Of a stretch of DNA of 64,000 bases, positions 47,262-55,886 are shown one piece after another (the stretch's first letter is position 1; every line of letters begins with the position of its first letter). A program made the translations under genes and the position numbers. The stretch is from Fidelibacterota bacterium (lineage in GTDB: Bacteria; Fidelibacterota; Marinisomatia; Marinisomatales; TCS55): NCBI GenBank assembly GCA_002724735.1, contig PBPT01000082.1, positions 41,016-105,015 of the forward strand, read 5' to 3'. The notes beneath the pieces are model-generated. The model was not told where the DNA came from, made no database searches, and saw only the letters and a program-made list of their open reading frames with translations.

Positions 47262-47894
47262 TTATTGGAGTTTACTAATCAGATTGATTAGTGATTCCTT
47301 AAGATACTTTTGTGCCTTTGGATCGTGTTTAGTTGCCTGTGCTAATTCGTATGCCTTCATTCCTCCACGTGCATTCATTAGATGCTCGTATATTGGTGTT
47401 GGATATGCACCAGGGGCGCTTGGCTGTGCCACAACGTCCACGGTGATTATTTCAAAGTCGGAAACTTCTCCGCTTCCATCTTCCATAACATTGCCCGAAC
47501 CCCTTGATGAGACTCCTAATTTTACTCCGCTTTCAAGCATTGTTTTAACTAGTTGTCCCATCGGGGTTGGTAATACTTTTAGTTTACCGTAACCATTTGC
47601 ATCGTCCATCCACATTTCTGTGATCATGTGTGATACACGGTCAAGGTTGATGTTAAGTCCTTCTGGATGATCTACTTCTCCGAGAACTGAATATCCTCCA
47701 GTAATTTGATCGTTGAGAGTTTTGACAGCCCTGCCTATTTCGGATACAGGATACACTCGCTGATTGGCATTTCTTATACCGCCTTGGATAACAATACCTT
47801 TCATATAAAGGTCTTTGCCACCACTATCGTTGTCGGCAGTTTCAATAACCATTTTAGCCTGGTCAAATGTCAAGTTCTCTCGTAAGTTAATCAT
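47262..47894 (-). CDS. gp21: Prohead core protease (T4 gp21-like)
   Basis: 210 aa. LYMKGIVIQGGIRNANQRVYPVSEI..LGEVDHPEG..MWMDDANGYGKLKVL..GVKLGVSSRGSG parallels T4 gp21 LYIEGIFMQAEVVNRNKRLYPKRIL..LGELNHPPR..MWWKGNDVYGRARVI..GWIPGVSSRGLG. Confidence 0.85.
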   Translation of the reverse strand: MINLRENLTFDQAKMVIETADNDSGGKDLYMKGIVIQGGIRNANQRVYPVSEIGRAVKTLNDQITGGYSVLGEVDHPEGLNINLDRVSHMITEMWMDDANGYGKLKVLPTPMGQLVKTMLESGVKLGVSSRGSGNVMEDGSGEVSDFEIITVDVVAQPSAPGAYPTPIYEHLMNARGGMKAYELAQATKHDPKAQKYLKESLINLISKLQ

Positions 47895-47909
47895 TCAAAT
47901 TTCCTTAAC

Positions 47910-48911
47910 TTAACCGCCAACAACAGGTTTTTTGTTATCAGCGTCTTCTGGCTTGCTTTTCTTCTCTGCACCATGTCCTGGTTGTGCTTTTAATGACTTA
48001 GAAGCTTTACCACCTGGTACATTTACATTGCCGCCGTCTTGGTCTTTTGGACTTGCGTCTCCTAGACCAGCATGCTCGCCACCGCTTTCTTCAGCACCTT
48101 GTGCTATGTTACTTGCTGTGCCTCCCATGTTATTTGGGCTTGCGACTGTGCTTTTTGCATTAGCACCATTGTCTCCGCCTATTTTTTGAGCGTCTAAACC
48201 GCCGCCGGATACTTTTTCTACGTACTCACGCATTTCTTCTCCAGCAGTTTTTGGAGTTTTAGACTCCTCAACTTCTTCATCAGTAGCTTCTTCTACTTCA
48301 TCAGTAGCTTCTTCTACTTCTTCGTCTGATGCTTCTTCTACTTCATCTTCTGAAGCTTCAAAAGCTGATGCTTCTTCAGGCTCTTCATCACCTGGCTCTT
48401 CATCGCCACCTTCATCGCCTGCCATCATTTTTTCAAATTCTGCTTTAAGATCTTCAAGTGCATCTTCTAGATCTTCAACACGATCTTCAACGTCACCTTC
48501 TGGCTCATCGTCGCCGCCTTCGTCGTCGTCGCCGCCTTCGTCGTCCATTCCAAGATCTGACATCATATCATCTGTTGGATCTGCTTCTACAGCTACGGCT
48601 GTAGGATCAGCTTCAACTTCAAATTCGTCTAAGTCAAAGTTTTCTTCAACTTCGTCATCTTTTGCTTCGTCGACTTCTTCATCTGACGCTTCGTCTACTT
48701 CTTCATCAGAAGCTTCATCAACTTCCTCATCTGAAGCTTCATCTACAGCTTCATCAGTAGCTTCGTCAACGTCTTTATCGTCTTCTAGAAGTCCTTCGTA
48801 AATATCTCTGGATTTTTCCACTACAATCTCGTGGAATAGTTTTTCTGCCGCCTCTTTGTCTTCATTGACAAGGAGTTCTAGCATTTGTTCAAATTTATTG
48901 CGATCTGCCAT
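47910..48911 (-). CDS. Highly acidic prohead core-like protein (gp67/gp68-like N-terminus) with tandem D/E repeats
   Basis: 333 aa. The N-terminus ..EDKEAAEKLFHEIVVEKSRDIYE.. resembles T4 small core proteins. Long DE-rich arrays (ASDEEVDE x3 and others). Basic/Gly-rich C-terminus. Confidence 0.45.
   Translation of the reverse strand: MADRNKFEQMLELLVNEDKEAAEKLFHEIVVEKSRDIYEGLLEDDKDVDEATDEAVDEASDEEVDEASDEEVDEASDEEVDEAKDDEVEENFDLDEFEVEADPTAVAVEADPTDDMMSDLGMDDEGGDDDEGGDDEPEGDVEDRVEDLEDALEDLKAEFEKMMAGDEGGDEEPGDEEPEEASAFEASEDEVEEASDEEVEEATDEVEEATDEEVEESKTPKTAGEEMREYVEKVSGGGLDAQKIGGDNGANAKSTVASPNNMGGTASNIAQGAEESGGEHAGLGDASPKDQDGGNVNVPGGKASKSLKAQPGHGAEKKSKPEDADNKKPVVGG
48642..48770 (-). repeat. Tandem 24-nt coding repeats (xxDEEVDE units); a second array lies at about 48264..48356
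   Basis: Encodes DEATDEAVDEASDEEVDEASDEEVDEASDEEVDEAKDDEVEE. The second block encodes EASEDEVEEASDEEVEEATDEVEEATDEEVEE. Confidence 0.7.
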
Positions 48912-49030
48912 TTTACTCTCCTATAATGTATTATGCATACCGAATCGGTATGGGCTGTCATAATATATTTACTTTTTTTGCAGAAAACTACGTAGATATA
49001 GGCTCAAAACGAGCCATTTTGACTAGTTTG

Positions 49031-49744
49031 TCAGATTTTAAAGGAATTTTTGAAATCCCTTATGTGAATATTCTCCACATTTTCTAATTTTGTCAGCTCA
49101 GGAGGAGTAAAAAATGCTTCTCCTAACACTCTTATATATCTCTTTTTTGGAAAATTTTGGCAAGTAATTGTAGTTTGTTTAAGCCAATTTCCAAAATATG
49201 TTGCTTTTTCAGTGGGACTTTTGTAGTTAGGAGTACCTGCATATATGTTGTTTACAAGCTGTCCGGTGCCTTCGAAATCAAATCCTAAGATGTAGATAGT
49301 ATCATATTCAGTCATATCTGAAGCAAACCATAATGCTGTTGGTCCACTACTCCATCCCTTAGACGGTTGAAAAAAGTTAAATCCTGTCATATTAGCATAT
49401 GCTCTATTAGGATTAGTCCATGTTTCTACTTTATGCTGTATACCTTCTCTATTAATTTCTAATATCATTTTAGTATCAACAGCTACAAGATAATCTGGAA
49501 TAAAATCTCTATAAAGAGCATTACATCCGTATATTTTACCAAATGGACGCAAAGTTTCTAAATTTATAGGAGATCTACTAGTGCCATTACCTATTACAAA
49601 TGCAATTTTATTATTCGTTGGTGCATTAACAATTTGATTCTGAATATGTTCAGAATTATTAGATAGGCTTTGTTTTTTGGCTTTGGCTAAGTTTTTCCGA
49701 GCTTTACGTTGCTCTTTGGTCTCGCCAGGAATATATTTTTTCAT
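49031..49744 (-). CDS. MptE-like / DUF115 (Maf-type) domain protein, tentative
   Basis: 237 aa. ..KIAFVIGNGTSRSPINLETLRPFGKIYGCNALYRDFIPDYLVAVDTKM.. follows the ..ivG.GPSl......l......i.a......L...gi.PDy.v..D.. pattern I recall for PF01973. Confidence 0.4.
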   Translation of the reverse strand: MKKYIPGETKEQRKARKNLAKAKKQSLSNNSEHIQNQIVNAPTNNKIAFVIGNGTSRSPINLETLRPFGKIYGCNALYRDFIPDYLVAVDTKMILEINREGIQHKVETWTNPNRAYANMTGFNFFQPSKGWSSGPTALWFASDMTEYDTIYILGFDFEGTGQLVNNIYAGTPNYKSPTEKATYFGNWLKQTTITCQNFPKKRYIRVLGEAFFTPPELTKLENVENIHIRDFKNSFKI

Positions 49745-49755
49745 TCATCTTACTT

Positions 49756-49998
49756 TTATGCAGTTTCTGCGTTAGCCGCAATACCATACATTTGCTTTAC
49801 AAATTGTAACTCTTTAAGTTTTTCTTCTGTATGCAGTTCAGATGCTTTACGTATTCTATTGATTTGAAAAAGTTTTAGTCTTGATTTACGTGTATCGTCT
49901 TTTTCAACAGGAGTGTCATCGTATTCAGCTTGGTAGCGTTTATCTTCTACTGGCTCAATAGTTTCTCTGTCAAAATAAAATAATTCACGTAGTATCAT
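49756..49998 (-). CDS. Small hypothetical head-module protein
   Basis: 80-aa ORF directly downstream of the portal gene, which is the position of small core proteins in T4. I could not verify any sequence similarity. Confidence 0.4.
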   Translation of the reverse strand: MILRELFYFDRETIEPVEDKRYQAEYDDTPVEKDDTRKSRLKLFQINRIRKASELHTEEKLKELQFVKQMYGIAANAETA

Positions 49999-50006
49999 GT
50001 TAGTAT

Positions 50007-51758
50007 TTATACCGTTTGGTCTGTTGTTGCTGGAGCCGGCGCGGCATCTCCTCCAGTTGCAGTTTCGGGTGCATCACCTGCTCCTCCATCAATCGGAGCC
50101 GCTTCGTCACCTTGGACTTCGTCTTCCATGTTTCCAAGATCGTCACCTATAGTTGCTGGACTAATACCAGCATCTCTCATTTCTGCAGAAGCTTCACCCG
50201 GAATAGGATCTAAGTTTTCTTCGTTTTCTTCTCTCCATAGTCTTTCATTCTCAGCAAGTTCTTCATCTGACATACCTAAGAAGCGTTTTAGTGCAAATCT
50301 ATTAGACATATATGGTATAGCCGCCATTTGAGTATATGTAGGCACCCTTGCATTATCAATTTCTGCTTGTCTATAGCTTGCAAAGTTTTGTGGTGGTTGA
50401 AACTTTAGATCAAACATTGAAGTATCAACGTTTAATCCTTTTTCTAATAAGTATCTTTTAAATTCTTGATCAAACTCTTCAACGAGTAAGTTTTGTAAAC
50501 GTTCACAATATGTGTTAAATCTTAACTCTTGTATGTAAGCAGTTCCGACTCTACCATCGTTGTATTGAGAAGCACTGTCGTCAGCGCCTGTGGGTAAATA
50601 TGAACTCGGGATTCGTAAACCGCGTACAAGCTTATTAGTAAAATATCTAAGGTCATCTATTTCTCCTAAGTTTGTACCGCCTGGAAGTGTTTCAACTTTT
50701 GATCCTCGTCCTTCAGCTGTTTGTGGAAAAAAGTAATCTTCGTTGATTGACAAAGGATTGTATGAACTGTCTATGACATTAGTTCCGCCCCCAGTCTGCG
50801 ATGGTATACGTCTTTGATGTATTTCCGTCTTTACACGCTCTACAAATTGCATAGCAAGGTGTGATGGCATGTTGCCCACATCAACATAAAAAACTCTTCT
50901 TTCAGGAGCACGTTGTACTCTGTAAATTATAATAGCATCTTCTAGTAATTCTTTTTGTTTATAAACTTTAAATATTGTTTCTAATAAAGAATTACCAAAA
51001 GGATAGTTATTATCTAAACCTTCACTCAAACTTAAATGCACTACATGTTTTGCATCTACAGTTACTTCGCCGTCATCAGTAGTAAATCTACTTCCGCTCA
51101 TGCTTGATTGAGGTTGTCCTACCATTCCTCTTGCGCCACCAATTCCATTATACTGTTGACTTCCACTAGTTATATTTCCAGTAGTATGATAAGGAGTAGT
51201 AGCAATACCGTCTTTAAAATTAAAGTTGATATTTTTTATTACATATTGTTCTGGAAGTTTTCCTTCACTTTCATTTACAATAATACGTGTTACATTAGCT
51301 GGATCAACATGAAACCATCTTTTTGTTTCTGGATCTCTTACAAAAAATTGATCACCATACTTAAAGCTATTACGTACTGTACGAAACATTTTTGTTTCAA
51401 AATTTTGTAGCTTACACCATTGCCTTAAATATTGTCCAATAATATTAACTTCGTTATTTGTTGCTTTATTTTTATAATCTACCATAAAAGGTGTATTATT
51501 TGCTTTATTTTTTTGTGTGCAAAATTCAGCAAGAATATCCAAAGCCGCATTTACTTCTGAGTCTTGGTCCATAGTGTTGTATTGTGCATATCTCTCAACA
51601 CGATTTGGACTACCTACATATACATCAGGAAGATAGCTTGAATAATTTGATCTAGCGGGACCAGCTAGGTTTCCACTGCTACGAGCAGTAAATGGACTAT
51701 AGCTCCCGTTTGAATTGTCACCTGTTGGTATAGGTGTAAAATATTTCTTCCAACTCAA
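50007..51758 (-). CDS. gp20: Portal vertex protein (T4 gp20-like)
   Basis: 583 aa. KELLEDAIIIYRVQRAPERRVFYVDVGNMPSHLAMQFVERVK matches T4 gp20 [42 protein letters not shown]. Confidence 0.9.
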   Translation of the reverse strand: MSWKKYFTPIPTGDNSNGSYSPFTARSSGNLAGPARSNYSSYLPDVYVGSPNRVERYAQYNTMDQDSEVNAALDILAEFCTQKNKANNTPFMVDYKNKATNNEVNIIGQYLRQWCKLQNFETKMFRTVRNSFKYGDQFFVRDPETKRWFHVDPANVTRIIVNESEGKLPEQYVIKNINFNFKDGIATTPYHTTGNITSGSQQYNGIGGARGMVGQPQSSMSGSRFTTDDGEVTVDAKHVVHLSLSEGLDNNYPFGNSLLETIFKVYKQKELLEDAIIIYRVQRAPERRVFYVDVGNMPSHLAMQFVERVKTEIHQRRIPSQTGGGTNVIDSSYNPLSINEDYFFPQTAEGRGSKVETLPGGTNLGEIDDLRYFTNKLVRGLRIPSSYLPTGADDSASQYNDGRVGTAYIQELRFNTYCERLQNLLVEEFDQEFKRYLLEKGLNVDTSMFDLKFQPPQNFASYRQAEIDNARVPTYTQMAAIPYMSNRFALKRFLGMSDEELAENERLWREENEENLDPIPGEASAEMRDAGISPATIGDDLGNMEDEVQGDEAAPIDGGAGDAPETATGGDAAPAPATTDQTV

Positions 51759-54682
51759 TTTAATCTCTCCGCTAAATTAAATATACTTCCGCTTGTTTTC
51801 TTAGTATTGCTAGCTGTCATTTCCTCTTGTACTAATATTCTAGCTAAAATTTCTTCTATTCTCTGCATTGTAGTATTTAACTGATCTTGTCCTGAATTGC
51901 TACCTAAACCGGCTATGATGCTTCCAGCACTAGTATCTCCACCATCAGTGTTATTTCCAGTTCTAGCATTGTTTCTTCCTGATCTGCTTTGACGATTTAC
52001 TTCTTTCATTGCATCTGCTAGATCTTCCATTGCTTCAGCTAGATCTTCTACATTTCTATAATTTTTGCCAAGATCTCCTAGTTCACCTAGTGTTGCTGAC
52101 AAGTTTGGAATAGAAGTAATACTTGCTAGCGAGGTAGATACTCCTGACAATCCTTCGCTGTCTACAGTTGCAAGTTCTTTCATGTTACTTACAAAGTTTT
52201 TATGTAAAGACAAAGTTCCTAATTCATCACTAGGCATAGAGCTAAGTGCATTTCCAAATGCAACTAATGCTTCTGAATTAGCTTTTACTTTTTCTGCATT
52301 TAGATCCATGTTGCCAAAATTAGTCAATTGTTCAAATGGAGTTTGTGCTCCAAAAAATCCTGCAATAGCTTGACCAAAAGCGGCAAATACACCGGATCCT
52401 GGCATTGTAGTTGGGAGTGACATCATTGCATTTCCAAATGCTACCATTGCTTCTGCGTTTGTTTTTACTTTTGCACCATCTATGTTTGCATCTGCAAACT
52501 TTTGTATCCTTGTTATAGGATCATCAGCACCAAATAGTTGCCCAATTCCTTCTGAAATACTTCCTACTAGTGTTCCTAATCCTGCTACTGCTGTTCCTGC
52601 TCCAAATGCTGCCATACCCAATGATAAAGAAACCATTGCATCTCCAGCGGCTCCAATTTTTGCTCCGTCAAGGTCCTCAAAAGATTTTAGTCCGTCTACA
52701 AATGTAGGTAACGCTTTGCCTAGTATCCATGATGCACCTGCAATACCTGCACCTATTGCTACAATGGCAGCACCTAGTGCCGCCGCGCCTACTGGTACCA
52801 TTGGATGAGCAAAAGCTCTTAAACCAGCCGCCGCACCTTTCATAACACCTTCACCTAGTCCACCTACAAAGCCTCCTACGGATTTACCTATTTTAGCTCC
52901 GCCAGTGGTGGCGCCTGGCTTGCCACCAGGTAATGATTTACCTCCGCCACCGCCGCCAAACATTCCACCGATACCGCTTACTAATGCTCCGCTTACTGCT
53001 TTAAGTGCAAACAAGGCCGCAAACGCTCCTGCTATTCCTAGTATAACTTTTGGATTTGTAATTGCACTTACAAACGCATCGCCTAGTACTGATCCTAATC
53101 CTGATACTGCTCTATCAAATACAGCTTTAAATCCACCTTCTTTGAACAGATCAATAAACTCTTTTGTTTTAGATGCAAATGCTTCTGCTAATTCTTCTAC
53201 ACGTTTTTTAAATTCTGCACTGCCAAATACTTCACTAAGTCCTCCCATTGCATCGCCTAATGCATCAAACAATCCACTATCAATTAATGCAGTTTGTATT
53301 GTTGCTCTTAATGATTTAATTGCGTCATCAAAAGTCGTCATGTTTTGTGTATTTTGATCAATCTTTTTCTGATCTTCACGTACTTGTTTTAAATTAATTT
53401 GACCAGCTTCTGCCATCTTTGTTGAAGCATCTAAGAAATCAGCAATCTCTGGCTGTGTTTTTCTTAATTGAGCAATAAATGCCGCTCTAGCTTTTGCATC
53501 AGCAATTTTATCGCCTGTATCTATTTGAGCAAACTTTTCAAGCTCTCCTCCTGCTCTTGAAAATGCATCCAATAATACTTGTGGGTCTGCTCCGGCGCCT
53601 ACAGCTTCTAATGCTTTTTTAACTTCGTCTGCGCCTGGACCTAATGCCGCTAAAAATTTTGCAGTCCTGTCATCTTGAACTACACCATCTAGTAGGTCTT
53701 TTAGTGCATAACTTGCTTCCCCACCATATGTGTCTATAAGTGACAATGATGCTTGTAAGTTTTCAAATTCTTTTGTACCTTCACCAAGAGCATTTAACAA
53801 TCCTCTGATACCAGCATCAGTTGCTTGTGCCGCCAATTGTGCTTCTACTTCTTTACGTGACTTACCTGTTGCTCTAGCTAATAAGTCTATTTGTTTAAGA
53901 TAAGCCGCGGAACCTTTAGCTAAATCGGCGTTGCTTTTACCTTCAAGTCTACCTAAATTTCTCTGTAAACTTATATAATCAACCATTCCTTCATTAAGTT
54001 CCATAACAGTGAAACCTAAATTTTTCAAAGCGGCAAAGTCTCCGGTTGCTTTGAGGCTTTTGTTCATAGCGGCAAATCTAATTTGACCTGCGGCTACATT
54101 GCCTCCTAGCATTCTCATTGCTTCGGAACTTTGCATTATTAGCCCAGCATACTCTCCCATATTCAATTCTAAGTTAGCCGCCGCTCTGCGTACTTCCGTT
54201 ATACTATTTCCTAAAGTACCACCAACTGTTGACAGTTGTCTATAACTTTCTACAGTATTGTCAATTAAAGATGCTAAAGGTGCAATAGCGTTGCCAAGAA
54301 TAGGAATATGCTTTGTAAAATCTCCAAATTGTTCTCCGCCTTGGAGTAGTTCATTACTAAAACCTTTGATTGCTCCAAGTGTAGCACCAACTGCACCAAG
54401 CATAGCGCCAGCCATTGCTCTACCTAGATTACTAGTAGCTTTAGTTGTTTCTTTAGTAGCCTTTACATTATCTTTAAGGGCATCTCTATTTTTAGTGCTT
54501 ACAGTAATACCGCTTTTAACAGCTTCGTTATGTAATTTTTGTAGTTTTGCGGCTTCTGCTTTAGGGTCTATGCCCATTTTCTTAGCCATAGCCTCTATTG
54601 AGGTCGTTAGGCGAGCAAGGGTAGCTTCACTAGCTACTCCGTTTTGTCCGCCAACATTACCAATATCTACTTCTTCAGCCAA
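51755..54682 (-). CDS. Tape-measure-like / gp29-like large virion protein with Gly/Ala-rich hydrophobic segments
   Basis: 975 aa with an alpha-helical A/L/K/E-rich composition. Hydrophobic glycine-zipper-like stretches (..GAAALGAAIVAIGAGIAGASWILG.., ..AMVSLSLGMAAFGAGTAVAGLGTLVG..). Its start is served by a late box. Confidence 0.4.
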   Translation of the reverse strand: MAEEVDIGNVGGQNGVASEATLARLTTSIEAMAKKMGIDPKAEAAKLQKLHNEAVKSGITVSTKNRDALKDNVKATKETTKATSNLGRAMAGAMLGAVGATLGAIKGFSNELLQGGEQFGDFTKHIPILGNAIAPLASLIDNTVESYRQLSTVGGTLGNSITEVRRAAANLELNMGEYAGLIMQSSEAMRMLGGNVAAGQIRFAAMNKSLKATGDFAALKNLGFTVMELNEGMVDYISLQRNLGRLEGKSNADLAKGSAAYLKQIDLLARATGKSRKEVEAQLAAQATDAGIRGLLNALGEGTKEFENLQASLSLIDTYGGEASYALKDLLDGVVQDDRTAKFLAALGPGADEVKKALEAVGAGADPQVLLDAFSRAGGELEKFAQIDTGDKIADAKARAAFIAQLRKTQPEIADFLDASTKMAEAGQINLKQVREDQKKIDQNTQNMTTFDDAIKSLRATIQTALIDSGLFDALGDAMGGLSEVFGSAEFKKRVEELAEAFASKTKEFIDLFKEGGFKAVFDRAVSGLGSVLGDAFVSAITNPKVILGIAGAFAALFALKAVSGALVSGIGGMFGGGGGGKSLPGGKPGATTGGAKIGKSVGGFVGGLGEGVMKGAAAGLRAFAHPMVPVGAAALGAAIVAIGAGIAGASWILGKALPTFVDGLKSFEDLDGAKIGAAGDAMVSLSLGMAAFGAGTAVAGLGTLVGSISEGIGQLFGADDPITRIQKFADANIDGAKVKTNAEAMVAFGNAMMSLPTTMPGSGVFAAFGQAIAGFFGAQTPFEQLTNFGNMDLNAEKVKANSEALVAFGNALSSMPSDELGTLSLHKNFVSNMKELATVDSEGLSGVSTSLASITSIPNLSATLGELGDLGKNYRNVEDLAEAMEDLADAMKEVNRQSRSGRNNARTGNNTDGGDTSAGSIIAGLGSNSGQDQLNTTMQRIEEILARILVQEEMTASNTKKTSGSIFNLAERLN

Positions 54683-54708
54683 GATTCTTCTTCCGAGTTA
54701 TATACGCA

Positions 54709-54722
54709 TATAAATATTTATG
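54709..54722. promoter_or_regulatory. Overlapping divergent late promoter boxes
   Basis: tataaata at 54709..54716 (plus strand, for 54760..55662) overlaps tatttatg at 54715..54722 (minus CATAAATA, for 51755..54682). Confidence 0.5.
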
Positions 54723-54759
54723 ATATATATTTACGTAATGTATTTATCAGGAGAAAAAT

Positions 54760-55662
54760 ATGGCAGAATTTAACCCAGATGATGCTAACGAAAATTTGCG
54801 ATCGTTGGCCCAAGTATCAGAGCAAAACCCACTAAAGAAATACTTTAGGCAACCTAAAGTTTATATTACACTACCAAGTAAAGGAAGATTCTATAATCCT
54901 GACGCTATAGACATGCCCGAATCTCAAGAATTGCCAGTATTTGCCATGACTGCAAGAGATGAGCTTACTATGCAAACTCCTGATGCTTTACTCAATGGAC
55001 AAGCTACAGTAGACCTTATTAAAAGTTGCATGCCAAACATTTTAGATCCTTGGCAAATGCCATCTATTGATTTAGATGCAAGCTTAATTGCAATTAGGAT
55101 TGCTACTTATGGCGAACAGATGGATCTTACAACAAAAGAACCTGGTACAGGTGAAGAGAAAACGTTCGCTGTAGATTTACGTCAATTACTTAATAAATTA
55201 GTTACTGTAGAATATGAAACAACAATTAATATCCAAGATATGACTGTTACTATTAGACCACTAACTTATAGAGAGTTTACTGAAAGTAGTTTAAAAACAT
55301 TTGAAGAACAGAGAATTTTTAACCTTGTAAACGATGAAGAAATAGATGATGAAGAAAAATTAGCAAGATTTAATACAAGTTTTGCAAAGCTAACTGATCT
55401 TACAGTGTCAGTATTATCAAAAAGTATTCATCAAATACAAATTGGTGACACTGTTGTAACCGACCAAGGTCATATCGATGAGTTTATTAAAAATACAGAC
55501 AAAGAATTCTTTAAGGAAGTTACAGATCATTTAGAAGGTCAAAGAGCAAAGTTTACATTAGAACCAATTAAGGTTACTTCTACTCCAGAAGATATTGAAA
55601 AAGGTGCTCCTGAAAATTGGGAGATTCCAATCACCTTTGACCAATCAAATTTTTTCGCATAA
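54760..55662 (+). CDS. Baseplate hub subunit-like protein (T4 gp26-like, tentative)
   Basis: 300 aa. ..ITLPSKGRFYNPDAIDMPESQELPVFAMTARDELTMQTPDALLNGQATVDLIKSCMPNILDPW..DLDASLIAIRIATYGEQM.. matches the pattern I recall for the T4 baseplate hub family. Confidence 0.45.
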   Translation: MAEFNPDDANENLRSLAQVSEQNPLKKYFRQPKVYITLPSKGRFYNPDAIDMPESQELPVFAMTARDELTMQTPDALLNGQATVDLIKSCMPNILDPWQMPSIDLDASLIAIRIATYGEQMDLTTKEPGTGEEKTFAVDLRQLLNKLVTVEYETTINIQDMTVTIRPLTYREFTESSLKTFEEQRIFNLVNDEEIDDEEKLARFNTSFAKLTDLTVSVLSKSIHQIQIGDTVVTDQGHIDEFIKNTDKEFFKEVTDHLEGQRAKFTLEPIKVTSTPEDIEKGAPENWEIPITFDQSNFFA

Positions 55663-55679
55663 GGATCTTAGCCTGGTCG

Positions 55680-55886
55680 GTGACTGAGATCCTAGAAGAA
55701 GTGAAAAAAATGGAAAACCAACAAAAACAAACAAGATCAGAAGTAATGAAGTTATGTTGGTATATGCGTGGCGGTATGACTCTAGACGAAGGCTTTGCTT
55801 CATCTTATGAAGACAGATTACTACTTGCTGACATTGTCAAAGAAAATTTAGAAATAACAAAGAAAAGCGGAATGCCTTTCTTTTAA
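55680..55886 (+). CDS. Small hypothetical protein (start uncertain: GTG 55680 or ATG 55710)
   Basis: 68-aa ORF following the hub-like gene. No motif recognised. Confidence 0.35.
   Translation: MTEILEEVKKMENQQKQTRSEVMKLCWYMRGGMTLDEGFASSYEDRLLLADIVKENLEITKKSGMPFF

Noticed and set aside
48264-48770. Tandem 24-nt repeats as a CRISPR array or other non-coding repeat
   Set aside because: The repeats are contiguous with no spacers. They are in frame within a 333-aa ORF and translate to D/E-rich octapeptides. The same applies to 56317..56398.
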